The notes: generated by a model not told the origin, from the letters alone. Shown: positions 1-62,111, numbered from the stretch's first letter. The stretch is 64,000 bases of DNA from Octopus vulgaris (GCA_951406725.2 OX597817.1:128278001-128342000), one strand, 5' to 3'. Program-made: numbers and translations.

Positions 1-410
1 ATTGTTTGTTTTGGTTTTGTTGACTACCCTCAGATGCACACATTCTCACAAATGTGTATATGTGTATGACAAGTTGCCATACTGTATCCATCTACCCCAT
101 TTGTTTTTCTAGATGTCAGGTCAAACCAAAGCTCTTGTAGAAACAGCATTCTCAAAGGATGCTAACAGGTCTAACACATCACACACTTGATGAGCTGTGA
201 GAGTACAACCATCAGCTTAGTCAAGGCCAGGGAGATTCATTTTCTGCTGATGTCTTGATTACATCTACTTGATGGTGGAGCTGTTGTCTTGCATGCAATC
301 AAGGCTTTGCCTATGAAGGTAGTCCACTAGAGTCACAAAGAGAAAGGGAGTTAGGATGTCTCCCTTGCTCTCTTCTTAGAAACCAATATTATTATTGTCA
401 TCATTATTAT

Positions 411-925
411 TGAGTGAGAGAGCAGCACATGCCACCAAAGTGACTCTGGGGTACAAATATACAAAGCCCAATGTACTCATCATCACTCATATGTGTGTAA
501 CATGGTAACCTTATATCAAGATAAACAGTGCATGACCTTGCAGGTGGGATCCAGTTAGAATTTTTTCAGTTTGTGTTGCTCGTCCTGCTCACAAGGTTTC
601 TGAATAAAAGTTGTTAAATGATAATGAATAAAATACCCATGTTTCCAAACGGGAATTTTTCAAACCCCAAAGAATTGTTCTCAGCACAGGGCTATAATGC
701 TTCCCCACTACTCCTGCACATGACCAGAGATGCACATATCATCAGTTACTTAGGGACATGCCCAACTAGTTAAGGTCAAACAACTGACCAGAAAATCTGT
801 GGTATTGAGCAGAATATTTGTTGTAGCCTATCTTTTACTCCAACACAAAACTTGTACGTTATAACACTTCCAATCAGTTAAGATCAGGAGCCACAAGAGC
901 CACTGCCTGATACCGTCTCAGAAAA
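411..925 (+). mobile_element. ~550-bp non-autonomous repeat flanked by ATT/ATC triplet tracts (family F)
   Basis: Alignable by eye to 29404-29947 (-) and 35910-36451 (+). Confidence 0.75.
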
Positions 926-980
926 TATCATCATCATCATCATCTAATTTTCATATCCTATTGTAATTTCTTTAATTCAG

Positions 981-48275
<47,295 letters not shown>

Positions 48276-48317
48276 TTACATATTTCATCTTTACTTGGCT
48301 TAATTTGAGGCTCCTTA

Positions 48318-48323
48318 AATAAA
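48318..48323 (+). promoter_or_regulatory. Candidate polyadenylation signal of CFAP47
   Basis: AATAAA about 43 nt after the stop, followed by T-rich sequence. Confidence 0.6.
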
Positions 48324-48821
48324 TAGTTTTTACCAAATTTGAACCTTTCTTGTCTTGTTCATTTTCTTTTTTCTTTTTATATTATAAAGTTGTGATGAAG
48401 GTGGTGACCTGACAGAATCATTAGTGTTTAGGAATAATTGCTTAGCAGTATTCCTTCCAGCTCTTTATGTTCTAAGTTCAAATCTTGCCAAGGTCAACTT
48501 TACCAGTCTCTAACGATTTATATATATATATGTTTTCATTACTTTTATTGTATTTATATTTGTGTAACATTGTCTGTTTTTCCATCCTTGTTTTCGTATA
48601 CATTCGATGCTTTCTTACAATAGTTTTTCCTTGGGGCTGGCCAGATTGGAGCAATCTCAAGATTAATCAGCCAAAATTGCAAGGATGATCTGGTTCTTGA
48701 TTGAGGATAGAAAGCTTTGAATAACCTGTCCTTGTTTTTTTGTATCATCTATCTGGATGTTTTGTTGTCCCTTTTTGTATCACCTAGTTGTCCAGATGTT
48801 TTGCGTTCTCGTCCCATTTTG

Positions 48822-48879
<58 letters not shown>

Positions 48880-51118
48880 ATATTTCAGGATGGTCATTTA
48901 AAAGCAAAATTGCTAAATAACCACATGCATTCTTCACTCATTTATTATTGTTCTTATTTTTTATCTTATGTCCATTGTCTGGAAATCCTTTGTCACACAC
49001 CTGTGACCTCTTTAGTGACTCTTCCATTCCACATGTCTCCTTCATTCAATTCAGTCTTACTTTGGTGTGTATATACACATATCCTTTCTGGGTCAATAAA
49101 ATAAAGTACTAGTCAATTACTGAGATCGATGTAATTGACTTTCCCTCATATCACTAAAATTACTGTGTCAAAATTTGAAAGAATTATTAAGGCACATGGC
49201 CCTATAGTAGGTTCCTTTCTTCAACCAAGTACACATATTGTGTCCTTGGGGGTAAGCAACTTCATTTTATATGGCTCCAGTCTACTGAGCTGAAAGTGAA
49301 TATTATTTGGGTACTGATGAAACCTTTTCCACATCTAAATGTCACATTGTATTCTCAATGTTCTGCTGGATCAAGGGTAGTAGAACCAAGAGGATGCCTA
49401 TATCCACTTGAGACTATATAAGCACCTACAGCAATAAATGAAAACATAGTAGTTGTTACCTAATTATACTTGCTTGTGCATAGTATTTGTACCCATGAGG
49501 GATAGATGACAATGCTTGAAAGATGAAAGGTTTCTTATATAAGTGCAAGGACACATATTTTAAGGGAATGCTTAGTTGGTTCTGGGGTCCCCAGTACATG
49601 ACCGGTAAGTTATTTTGTTAATTCAGGAATGATAAAATACAAAGTCCTTTGATGGGGTTTGAACTCTAAATATAAAGGGATGTACCTAAAATATTACAAG
49701 GTATTTTGTCCTTTGCTCTACCAAGTCTGCCAATCCAGCAACATTTGAGTCCAGTTGTTGTTACTATTGTTCTTTTTGATTTCTAGTCAATTCTGATCAA
49801 TCAAACCTATGTATGAGTAAAGGAATTCCAACCGTGACCACCTCCTTTTCCTATGTACAGGGAATCCGAGAATACATCCTCCAAGATGTTCTCTTTCAAG
49901 ATAGTACAATGTGAGTTAATGAAAATTTGTCTGTTATTGCCTAGCAAGTCAAGTAACCATATAGCTGCTGAGTGCTTCACTTGTTTATAGTGGTTAGTCC
50001 AAATTCAAGTCATACCAAAAGTCACTAGCTACAGATATTTGTGTCTTTTCAGTTTTTTTTTCTTTTCTTTTTTGGAGTGAAGAGAGGATTTAGTATGATA
50101 AGGAGCAGAAACTCCAATGAACTTTTTTCAGAGATTTGCTACAGAAATAGAAATTAGTGTCTCAAAAATGAAGATAACCTTAAACTAGACTTGGTCTAAA
50201 TTCCTATGATAAAGAGGACTCTGTTAAAGGCAGCCAAGGGGCCAAATGTGGTTTTGAATTGAGTGATCAATCAAGTTATCTTTTAACTAATTTCACAAGA
50301 TATAAGTTAACCACAGGCTGTAGACACTTCCCTGAGATGGCACACTGTGAGGCTGGTTTTGGAAAGACATCAATGAGAAGTGAAATCCTAAATAAAACGA
50401 TCATGTTTATGCTCTAATACATTGAGTCATGGAACTTGAAAATAAACCCAAACCTAGACGACAGAAGAGTCTTATTTTGAAGAGGAATATCCACCCAGAG
50501 CAATGCAAAGAAGTTGAAAGTGAAAAGTACTAAACTAAACGGTTTGCTGTATTCAGTTTTGTCATTGTCAATGGTTTACACTGAAAATCTTAACCAGTGT
50601 TAATTATTGCACATTTACATCAATGCAGGTATGGTATATAAGAGAAACGAAACTGGAATGCCTTCCATCAAAGATTTGTTTGGTCAAGGTTGATCTGGGC
50701 TACACAATGACAACAGTAACAGCAACTTCAACCACCCTAATTACCACTGAATTACAACTGAGTGAAATGATCACTTTTACAACTGGGCACACACTGAAGA
50801 AAGCTGTAACAAAAAGGGAACAAGGTACGCCTTTGGTTAAAAGGCGACCAGCCTTACAAAAACTAGTAAGTGATTTGCTTTTACTTCTAGCATAGGAGTG
50901 GAACATTGTGCAAGTAGGATTATGCTTACATGAATCAGTATAAATGTTGTAGGTAACAGAAGTAGAGACAGTAAAGTAGTAAAAGAGACAGAGAGGGTCT
51001 TTTGTAGGGTGGATATTTCCAAATTTCCAAAAGGCCAGATATTGTATACGAGATCATATGTTACAATGTGTGTGTGTGTGACGTAAAAGACAACACAAAA
51101 AGAGCAAAGATTGACAAA

Positions 51119-51490
51119 TCTCTCTATATATAAAGCTGAAGTTGTCTATGTATGGCAGGTTTGGTAGCCTTCAACTAACACTATCTCCTCCGAGACCCTG
51201 CGGCGCAAGTTGACCAAAATTGAGAGCATTATAGAAGGCTTAAAAAAAATTCAAATCGGACCATGTTAACACCAAAAATTATTTACATCAAAAAGGTGCT
51301 TTTTTTCTATGAAAATCCCTATTTTTTACGATTTTTTGACTGCTGTGTCACCATTTTTCGGTGTATTTCAACCAGAAAAATGTTCACTTAAACAGAATAA
51401 CAAGCTACATAATGCAAAATTTTTACTTTTCAAAAATTCCAATTCTAAAGGGTCGAAACAAACCCGAGCAACGCCGGGCGATACTGCTAG
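51119..51490 (+). mobile_element. Non-autonomous Helitron
   Basis: A|TCTCTCTATATATAAAG ... CCCGAGCAACGCCGGG hairpin ... CTAG|T, no TSD. Confidence 0.8.
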
Positions 51491-51530
51491 TATGGTTATA
51501 AGTTTAACGCTTCAATGAAGACAAAGAGTG

Positions 51531-51566
51531 CTTTAACGTTTCTGACGTAACTCCTTCATCAGAAAG
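51531..51566 (-). ncRNA. Minimal hammerhead-like motif (Penelope-type), stem II degenerate
   Basis: Minus strand CUUU CUGAUGA A GGA GUUACG UCA GAA ACGU U AAAG. Confidence 0.5.
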
Positions 51567-52170
51567 AGATACATTGGGAGAATAAGAAAGAGAATTAGTG
51601 TGTGTATAAAAGAGAAGAAGGGGTTTGAAGAACATGGGAGGAAAATGAACTGTTAAAAACCAGGAAGAATCCAGTTCTACGGGTAGCTTTATGAACAAAC
51701 GGACGTTTGTAGGTGCATGTGCTAGTAGTGTATATCTGTGTCTAAAAGCAGGCATAAGGGCGAGTGGTGTGTGTGTGTGTATTAGTATAGTGTATGCACG
51801 TGTATAGATTCCAGCAAGTGCAAAAGTCGGTGACGTTAGTTTGTGGAGGCGGGGGATGTTGGCGTGTGTGTAATTATTAGCTGGGTATTATGAAAGCGTG
51901 TATATGAGGATGTGAGAGCGTGTGCTAGTGTGTGGGAATAATCACGCTAATGAAAATCATATAATGGCAATAGCAAGGTGGTAAATTGTAATGTTGTGCG
52001 CAAGCGTTTACACAAAAGCAAGTAGGAGATGGAAAGTGTTGTTTTCAGATATGCAGTGACAAAACAAAGGAGGGAGATTTAAGCTAAAATATGAAAATGA
52101 ATAAAAATTATGAAGGTCGAACTCCGCAATGACGACGAACAATTCTTGTCCCAGTTTGTATTTTTTTTAC

Positions 52171-52230
<60 letters not shown>

Positions 52231-55200
52231 GTAAATGTTTTTATTTCTCCCTTGGTTTCAGAATTACAACTATTTAGCGGTTTGAGTTTGATGGTCTTTC
52301 TAGTGGGTCGAATGGCCTATCAGGGCCATTCCTTAATATTGTTGAAATTATATTACATCAATTATTTTTTTTATATCTGTATATCTGCTCTTTACTTACC
52401 ATCTACAAAAAGTTCTTTGTATATGGCTGAGTACTCTTCTGAGAAGTTGATAGATGTTTGGAGCTCTACTTTGACTATGGTCACTTGTTAACGATTTCTT
52501 TTCTTTCTGTGTGAGCATTATTACGTATAAGCCATCCGTATCTCGAAGGTTAGGCCTTGACTGCATCACAGAATTCTCCAAAACATATAGCAGTTGTTAA
52601 GCTAAGTTCGACTTACCTAAGATTTCTTATGAAAGTTTTTTTTGTGGCAGTTCACACGCATCACTGAGAAATACTTATGATGCTTTCACTCAAAAAAATG
52701 AAGCTCATTTCACATTTCCGAAATACATCAGATGTACGCTGGTTATACTCAGTGCTCGCTGTAAGATCAACAAACAAAAATGTTTTTTTTTTTTTTCTCA
52801 TGCTTGCTTTTCAATTCAGCCATTAGTTTAAATACTGTTATTTTGCAGAATAACTTAACTTATGACAACAATTTTAGGTATTTCTTTGTCTCTAAAGCTC
52901 TTCAACTGTTTTGAAGCATTCATCCACACCTAAACTCTGGAAATAACATGTTAGGATCCTCTTGTTAACAGACGCCCAGAGAGAGGGCGGGGTAAGAATA
53001 GAAGGGGACCATGCACCCAGAAAATGGCGTAACAGACTACTTATCAGCATCAATATGTTCACAAAATCCCTTTAATTGCGTTGTTCTTTCGCCCGGGAAA
53101 CTAAAATTGTTGTTTACTTTGAAAAGAATATTTTCCATAGCAAGTTTCAATTTCCTTGTGGCAGTTTCTGTGTTGCATTGTTCAAAACAAACTAAAAAGA
53201 TTTGCAGGAATGTTGTTTTTTCCTTATTTGTTTGTTAGTGGGTTTTTTCAGTCATTTCCAGTTTTTGTTTACAACATTTGTGATTTCCATACTTTACACT
53301 TGCACTCACAGCAATGTGTGCAGACTATTCAAATGCAGACCTGACGTCTCTATTTAGTGCGTCGATTTCTTACATCTTATCACGGTTCATTGTTATTACC
53401 GTAAATGTTAAGTAACACATGTTGCACACGCTTCTCAAAATGAAAGCATCCCAGAAGTATTAAGAAACCCTTTGTCGCACTTTTGTTTGAAGCATCAGAT
53501 TGAAAAGGACAAACTATATACTGCACATAGAAGTATATTCAACACTTCTGTATGACATTTACCGTCGATGAATAAGCACGTTCAACACTGCTGTATGACT
53601 AATAAATGCTTCGCAACGTGATACACGAGAGTAGATCGAATTGCCGAGGAAAAGTTTGACAATGACGGCAAACCAGAGCAGTAATATGCTCTTTACTGCC
53701 GCTGTGAATTGATAGAATCGTAAGAATGTTCCTCAGACTACTCCATGGTATTTGTTTCGAGCTTCGGTGTTCTTAGTTCAAATCTTCCGGATAGCTATAT
53801 TCTAATCTGAGTTCAAATTCTGCTAAGATCAAGTTAACCCTTCATCTCTCTGGGTCCGGTGAAATAAAGGACTAATCAAGTAGTGAGGTCCGTTTAATCG
53901 ACTGCTTCCTCTCCACAAAAAAAAATGTTGACCATGTGCCTAAATCAGAAATAGGGGATTGGAATTGTATTTTATATGCACGATGGAATTGTTTCGAGTT
54001 AACCCATATGAGAAGGAAGTGCAAAATTCCTCGAAAACCTACTCGAAGGCTAGCATTCTTTAACCAGTATACTTGTGTGCTGCATATGGTCCGAAGGTAT
54101 GTCGCAATTTTTAGAAACGAGTCAGAAAGGACTAAGATATTTAGAGGACTAGAGTGTTTTTAATTACACCACACGGGTGCATGTTTGGCCGTTTCTGTTT
54201 TAAAATATATATCTAAAATGCCCTGCATATATTTTAAAGAAAACCTGTAAGTAATGTTGGTGAAAGTTTAAGCAAAATCTTCAAGGCGATGCCCATATAT
54301 AAAACAATGACAAATGATTGCATCATCCTATATAGTTTGTTAAATGCTTACATAATATTTGGGGAAAGATCCCCCTTATTATATATAAGATAGAAAATAA
54401 TGCATAGGTTCAGAAAAAAGGCGTTATTATCGATAGGTTATTTCTGTGACGTGAGGATAAACCAAAAGACACTTGCCTGAGATGCCACGAGTGGCTTCGA
54501 ACTCACGGCACGGTGACTGCGAAGCGTTCTTCTTAATCATTCGGTCACATATTTAACTAACACGCGCGTACATTCATGCTTGTATTCTTGGTCCAGTCTT
54601 GAATCCAGATCCGGAAGAGACCATATTTCAATATTTAGTTTGTCTCTATCTTTATTTTCTCATTCATTGCTGTTCTTGAATCTGTTACTATCCCCCAAAT
54701 AACCGCAAATTGGCTAAGTTGTTAGTGTCGGCTGGAATGATTTTTGCGGTATTTAATTTGACTTTTTGAGTTCTAATACCGACAGCTTTCTTTTCAATTC
54801 TTCTTCGGATTGATGCTTATCAGTCCTAAACTGGGACTGAATATTCTTTCTCTTTTCCTGGTTATTTTTCTCTCACTTTGAAGGGGGGGTCGTCTCTGGC
54901 TAGAACAGGGAGGATTTGGCACCAACGTTTAAAAATGTCCATGGTATACCGTATGTCTCGACGGTGCCTCTGCTTTTCTATAAGGAACCGAGAGTCTAAG
55001 GCAAGGCAAGTATTCCAACGCTATTTTTGTTTCTTAGAAATGATAAAAACAAAGATTTGTTCGTTTCCTTCGTTTTTAATCACGCCTTTTATGACGTCAT
55101 TTTATCATTCATTGTGACATCATCAAAGTAGTGAGATTTTATTTTTACCTTATTCTGAATTTACATCGTTTTCAACAGAAAGGTCTCACGATTTCGGAAG

Positions 55201-55415
55201 CTTATCTGCTCATCAATACAAACACACATACAAATACACGCACGCACTTTTACACGTGCACTCACTTGTACACTTACATACACGTAGATGCACATATATA
55301 CATAGATTTTTCTCGCAAGCAAGTACACAATTTATTCAATTTTAGCCACACAACTGTTCTGAAGGTCCAAAAAATATTGAGTTTATCTGCAGCGTAGCTA
55401 GAGCGTGCCGTCCAC

Positions 55416-55797
55416 GAACTTTTTTCCCACGAGAGATCCAGACCCCAGTAACGAACTCATTTGCGTATAGCCAATCAAAGCTCAACTATCAAACTAATGT
55501 TTGAGCGCATAACAAGTGATGGGCAATAAGATAAGGTGACTTGGGTAAGGAATGACCATGCTACTTTTCTCCTCTAATAATTCTTGTTATTCTTGTTAGG
55601 CAGAATCTGAGAGCTGAACGGCACCTTTCCTTTCACACTTTTCAAACAATCCTTCAACGGTCTGCTAGCACCAAGGCGGTTTCTGCCACCAGCAACAGCC
55701 TTTGTTAACTTGACAACAAGGTCAAAGTGAGCTCTGGTTGGCTGTATGCAAATGAGTTCATAACTGGGGTCCGGAACTCTCGTGGGGAAAATTTTCA
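55416..55797. mobile_element. MITE-like element with ~70-bp imperfect inverted repeats
   Basis: 55416-55487 (ttcccacgagagatccagaccccagtaacgaactcatttgcg..) is the approximate reverse complement of 55726-55797. Confidence 0.65.
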
Positions 55798-56539
55798 CAT
55801 GCCGTCTGGAGTAGCCCTTGAGTTTCCAGTCACTCCTACACACACCACCACCACTATTATAGGCTTATAGAACAGAAGAAAAAGTGCCGCCCCTTTAAAA
55901 GTATTGCGCAGGGATCATTTCCCTCGCTCACCATCGCTCCCTCATCCCATACCAGCTACGCTACTCGGATGGATAGAACAATAATTCGTTGTGCATCCTG
56001 TAACTGTTTCCTCCTGTTAATCTTGTTTTTGTATTCCCTTTTTTGACAGTCCAACGTCCTGATATTCTTATACATACGCATATAAGTAATAAGAAAAAGT
56101 TATTGAATACACGATGCAATATTATGTGATATATTACATAAGATTAAGAAACCTTAGCATCCTGGATTTTAAATGTTGGCACAAGGCCAGCAAGTTCTGG
56201 GGAGCGGGTAAGTCGATTACATCAACCCCAGTACTTAACTGGTACTTATTTTATCGACTCCGAAAGGATGAAAGGCAAAGTCGACCTCGGCGGAATTTGA
56301 AACAAGAACGTAAAGACGGATGATATGCCGCTAAGCATTTTGCCTGGCATGATAATGATTCTGACAGCTCATCGCTTTTAGAATCCTTGATATTAAGAAA
56401 AATAAATACAGCAAAAGTTATGCAAATAATTAAGAATTATTTTCAAACTAAAAAGGATTTTTTCCACAGAAGTCTCCAGTTAAAGACTTGCAAACACTGC
56501 CTAACATTGAACCATTACGTACTACTACTCCTACTACTA

Positions 56540-56571
<32 letters not shown>

Positions 56572-56575
56572 ACTA

Positions 56576-56613
<38 letters not shown>

Positions 56614-58364
56614 ACTATTACTACTACTACTACCTGTGTGACAACAGGGCAGTAAAGAAGAATCCTAGTGCATAATTTAAGTTCTGATTACTACTAGATT
56701 CGGTGAAGTATTTCTTCTGTCACTTCACTGAATCTGTTTCTCCAAACACTTCAAGAGAGGGAAAATTACATACGAACATTCATTTCTAACATTGATGCAC
56801 TGACGAGGAGCCTTCAAATATATACATACATACATACATACATACATACATACATACATACATGTTTCTTTATTACCCACAAAGACTAAACATAGAGGGA
56901 ACAAACAATGACAGACAGATTAAGTCGATTATATGGACCCCAGTGCGTAACTGGTACTTAATTTACCGACCCCGAAAGGATGAAAGGCAAAGTGGACCTC
57001 GGCGGAATTTGAACTCAAAACGTAGCGGCAGACGAAATACAGCTACGCATTTCGCCCGGCGTGCTAACGGTTCTGCCAGCTCGCCACATACAGTCAACAG
57101 ATGAGATCCAGAGATGCTCAGTATAGAAAGCACTTAGTAACGCTCCAATGATTTGAGCTTACACTCCGAAATCTTTGACGATGTCTAAGTCCACAGCGTG
57201 AAGAGTGACTATTGAGGAATCCAGGTGAGCAGAGATATAGAGACAATGATGTAAATAAACAAATGAAACTACTTGGTCTAAACATACAAAATATACATGC
57301 ATATATACACATGTAAATATAGAGAAACTAGATGCTGGAAATATTCAGACGTGATGTATATTCATGAGTAAATATATAGATATTTAAGTTTTAACAGAGC
57401 AAGCTTACACGGTGTACAAAGACATAGAAGATTAAGGGGAGAAGGTATGGTGTTACAAGTCCGACGATTATTTCTGGGGGCACGGAATTACTTCATAATT
57501 TTGGAAGATGTAGTTCGCAAAACGTCAAGGATATGCAACCAGTAGTGGAAGCATATAAACATAATGTAGATCCGGCCTCCATCTTAAGAGTGGAGAGATG
57601 GGCCTCTCCATCCTGAATACGGAGATGGGTTGGTTTATTCGATGAACTCCTTCAAGGCAGTGCCTCAGCATGACTGCAGTTCTGAAACAAATAAAAGAAT
57701 AAAATAGTAATAACAACAGATAGTGTCTAACGCTTTCATATAGAGGACAGGTCGAAGTAACTCATCCGTCTCTACATGGCTCGAACCAGCATACAATATG
57801 TGCAGACAGACATCTTAGTAGGTACACTGTAATTGAAATTCCCTGGGAAGGAGTTCACTCGAACTAGTAGAAATAATAGGTAAAACTCCCTCAAATCACA
57901 CAGTCATTCCAATAAATAGGTAAATAAATAAATAAATAGATAAATAAATAAATAAATAAATAAAGGGAGATACAGGAGAATGTGATCTTTGATATAAAAC
58001 TGATGGGATAGTCACGTTGGAATGGCAGTGATCGTGAGTGTGCCCGGAGCTACTTCGAGATCTACAGCAATAACTAGAAAAAACTAGCTTAATTTTGATG
58101 AGGAAAGAAAATAACATGGAAATTGCGGACACGGCTATAATGTATATAATATTTCAGGGTCCATAAAATAAGTATCCTTTTCTACTATAGGCATAAGGCA
58201 TAATTTGCATATTTTAAATATATTTTAAAGGATAGAATATCATGATAGTCTACTGGTTTCGTGTTTCGCTAATCATGACATTGAAATTTCGAGTTTTCTT
58301 AAGGAGTTTTTAGTCCATATTGCTTGTATGAGAGTTTGTTTGATAGATAGATAAATATAGTACA

Positions 58365-58753
58365 TAGGAGTGACTGTGCGGTAAGTAGCTTGCTAACCAA
58401 CCACATGGTTCCGGGTTCAGTCCCACTGCGTGGCATCTTGGGCAAGTGTCTTCTGCTATAGCCCCGGGCCGACCAATGCCTTGTGAGTGAATTTGGTAGA
58501 CGGAAACCGAAAGAAGCCTGTCGTATATATGTATATATATGTATATATGTGTGTGTTTGTCCCCCTAGCATTGCTTGACAACCGATGCTGGTGTGTTTAC
58601 GTCTCCGTCACCTAGCGGTTCGGCAAAAAAGAGACCGATAGAATTAGTACAGGGCTTACAAAGAATAAGTCCCGGGGTCGATTTGCTCGACTGATGGGGT
58701 GCTCCAGGATGGCCGCAGTCAAATGACTGAAACAAGTAAAAGAGTAAAAGAGT
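58365..58753 (+). mobile_element. CORE-SINE family A
   Basis: Full-length, CpG-rich copy. Confidence 0.8.
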
Positions 58754-60667
58754 ATATCCATATATAAAGTGTTTGCAGTTGTGATTGCCTTAAACGTAAT
58801 AATAATCTTCACTCATCACCATTGCTGCCATCATCGATGTCTTCCTCCTTTCTCTCTCTGCCTCCACCGCCTTCTCCGTTTTTTTTCCATAATTATCACC
58901 ATCACTACCACCACCACCACCACATTCACCATGCAATCAGAAGATGCGAACCATGCCATCCCTCTCAGCCTTTAGCGACTTGATAATGACAAAGGACCTT
59001 TTCTTCGTATATATATATTCATATATATTTTCGCCACAATACAAGCCGAACATTTAAGTAGCGACTTGTTAAAGAATGAACGAAACAAATTGCAACCAAC
59101 ACTATGCAACCGTGCATTCTCCTTCCAGTCCTTATTCCCTTCGTGTTACCCCTTCCTTTACTCCTGCAACCCTATTCTTTCTCGGTGGTTTTATCCTCCT
59201 CCCACGTCTCCTCTTCATTATGATAATCAGACGGCATCACCAGTCGAGAAAAAAGCTTTTCCTCTTATTTGGTGCTTTCTTGTTTGCCCCTCCCACTTTC
59301 TTATTCATTTCTTTTCTTCTGCTTTGCCTCTCACTCCTTGTCCTTTCCCCCTCTCTTCTTTGGTGTTAATGACGTTGTTGTGATTGTGGTTGCTGTTCTT
59401 ATTGCTTTTGTTGTTGTTGTTTCTTCTTCTTCTTCTTCTTCTTCTTCTTCTTCTTCTTCTTCTTCTTCTTCTTCTTCTTCTTCTTCTTCTTCTTCTCTAC
59501 TTTTCTACTCCATCCTCACCAGCCTTCTCTTCCTTCCCCCTCATCCCTCTTCTCCTTTTCATCCTCCTCCTCCTCCTCTTCACCATCATCATTTTCTTCT
59601 TACCGTTTTCTCCTCCCACTCCCATTTTCGTTATCGTTTCGTTTATTTTTTTATCTCTTACTTTTTACATGAATAGAAAACGGTTACAATGACCCCTGTC
59701 CCTGCGAATACAGCATCAGTAACAACAATAGCAACAACAATGTCAACACCATCAACGACAAAAGTAACAACATCGCTACTGCCATCACTATCATCCCTAC
59801 CAACATCACCATAACATCACCCCCACCCCACCACCACCATCCAAAAAACACCACCCCAACAACAACAGACTTTCGAGCTATTTGTTCTACATTTTTTCGC
59901 TCTAAGCTCAAATCCCACCAAGATCTTTGCTTTTCATTTTTGATGTGGTCGATAAAAAAAAAACAGAAAATACCTATCCAAGACTGTTGATTGGTGGTAC
60001 CATAAAAACGTAGGTGGGTGGGAAAAACTTAATACGACGCCCGGTTTAACACCACCATCTGACACCTTGGTTGCATTTAGCAGAGTTCATTCTGTTGCAA
60101 GCGCGCGAGCCAGACATGCGAAATCGAAAATCTTCCTCCTTCCTTCCTAGTAGTCGCAGAGGCCCTACAAAACAGATCATGGAGCTATGTCTTTCCTTTT
60201 GACTAAAATGACAAATATAAAAAACAAACAACACCTGCCTCAGTTTCAACAACAAACAAACAACATTTCCCCACCCAACCCTGCACACACGAAATATAAT
60301 GCAAGGCTCTAACTTTTATATAATACCGTCGGGTCAGCAGTGGGTGATTCAGTTTCATAATATAATTGGGTGCGACTTCTGACGCTCTCGCTGACAACAG
60401 CCTTGATGGTGAGCGCAGTGCGACAAAGGTGAATGCCCTAGAAAGAATCAGCTAGGGTGCAGCCAACCAGTCAAGTCAATGAACCCGGCACAGCCAGCCA
60501 AGTTAATAGTAGATCCCTTGTTTCAGTTGGTGTGCGCCGTCAAGAGATTTTTGCAGAGATAACATAGCAAGATCGCCATGGTTTGTTGAAAACAAGGAAA
60601 ATATAAAGCTAAATAAATGCATGCATTCGAGTGTGTGCGTGTCTCTGTTTGTCTGTCTGTCTGTCTG

Positions 60668-60701
<34 letters not shown>

Positions 60702-61089
60702 TGTATGTACATAACATTCTTGTGGGGGTAACTGGATCTCGAGGTACATATGAAGCTATGAATAATAGTTTCAAATTTTGGAACGAGGCTATCAGTTTTT
60801 GAGGGAAGGGGAAGTCGATTACATTGACTCCTGCGCTCAGTTTATACTTATTTTACCGACCTCGAAAGGATGAAAGGTAACGTCGGTATCAGCGGAATTT
60901 GAACACAGGACGTAAATCCAGAAGAAATGTCGCTGAGTATTTTATCCGGTGCAGTGACGACGCTAGTTCAACGCCTTATAAAATATGATCAGTAGCATAG
61001 CATATAAATATTGGTTTGAAATACCCTCTTAGGTAGAAAAATATTCCACATTCTCTCAAAAGTTCGTGAATTCATTTGAGGTCAGCAAT

Positions 61090-61562
61090 TTATATATATA
61101 TATATAAAACAAAGGAGGTCACTGTGTGTGTAATAAGTATGCATTTCTACAGTTTTCAACCAATTTTCACCAAACTTTGCACACCCATTATCTATGTACC
61201 TAAGATGGTCATGCACTATAACTTTTGCCCAGAGCTCCTGCGTAAAGCGAAAAATTGGGGTGGGGGAAAGGTGTTTTACACAGGTTTTTCTCTTAAAACA
61301 GAAGTTTTCAACCGATTCTTTCCCTTTTCTCATTCTCTGTTTCTTGCTATATTCTCTCTCACCATCTTGTTCTTTCTTTCTTCCTTTTCTTCCTTCCATC
61401 CTTTCTTTCTCTCTTTTTTCTTTCCCCCTCCTTCCCTCTTTTCTTTCTTTCTGTTTGACTAAAGGTAGTGCTCCAGCACGGCCACAGTCAAATGACTGAA
61501 GCAAGTAAAAGAATAAAAAACTATACCATTTTCATCCCGAGCAACGCCGGGTATCTCTGCTA

Positions 61563-61563
<1 letters not shown>
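61090..61563 (+). mobile_element. Non-autonomous Helitron containing a SINE tail fragment
   Basis: Same CCCGAGCAACGCCGGG hairpin and CTAG|T end as at 51490; SINE 3' piece at ~61452-61518; 5' end approximate. Confidence 0.7.
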
Positions 61564-61621
<58 letters not shown>

Positions 61622-61997
61622 TATATAAAACTGAGGAAAGTCAGTCTGAATCCCTAAAACATGAGAACTACACAACCCCGATTTCATTCAAATTTTACAC
61701 ATACCTTACTTAGGGTCCATGCCTGTCTGTCAGAATCCCTAAAACACGAGAACTGCAGAACCGATTTCATTCAAATTTTATGCATGCCATTTTTATTTAT
61801 GGGCCGAAAAAATTTTCAACTTCTTGCCTAATACGAGGCCGGAAGCCATCTCTTATCGCTTACACTATTTCAGTATTACATATCAAAAGTGAAACAATAG
61901 CATCTCTATCGTAAAGTCAGATACTTTCAGTTTTAATAGGGAAACGATTAATACTTTCACTATGTACACACACACATACACACACACACACATGCAT

Positions 61998-62058
<61 letters not shown>

Positions 62059-62111
62059 TATAAATAATAATAGGGTAATAAGAAATTATTATTACCAGTG
62101 GCCTACATACA

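Noticed and set aside
50050-50560. Possible additional LINE remnant downstream of CFAP47
   Set aside because: Purine-rich and coding-like, but I could not recover a diagnostic motif.
59066-59911. Overlapping 75-135 aa ORFs
   Set aside because: Low-complexity CTT/CCT/CAA tracts, with no splice-consistent or domain evidence.
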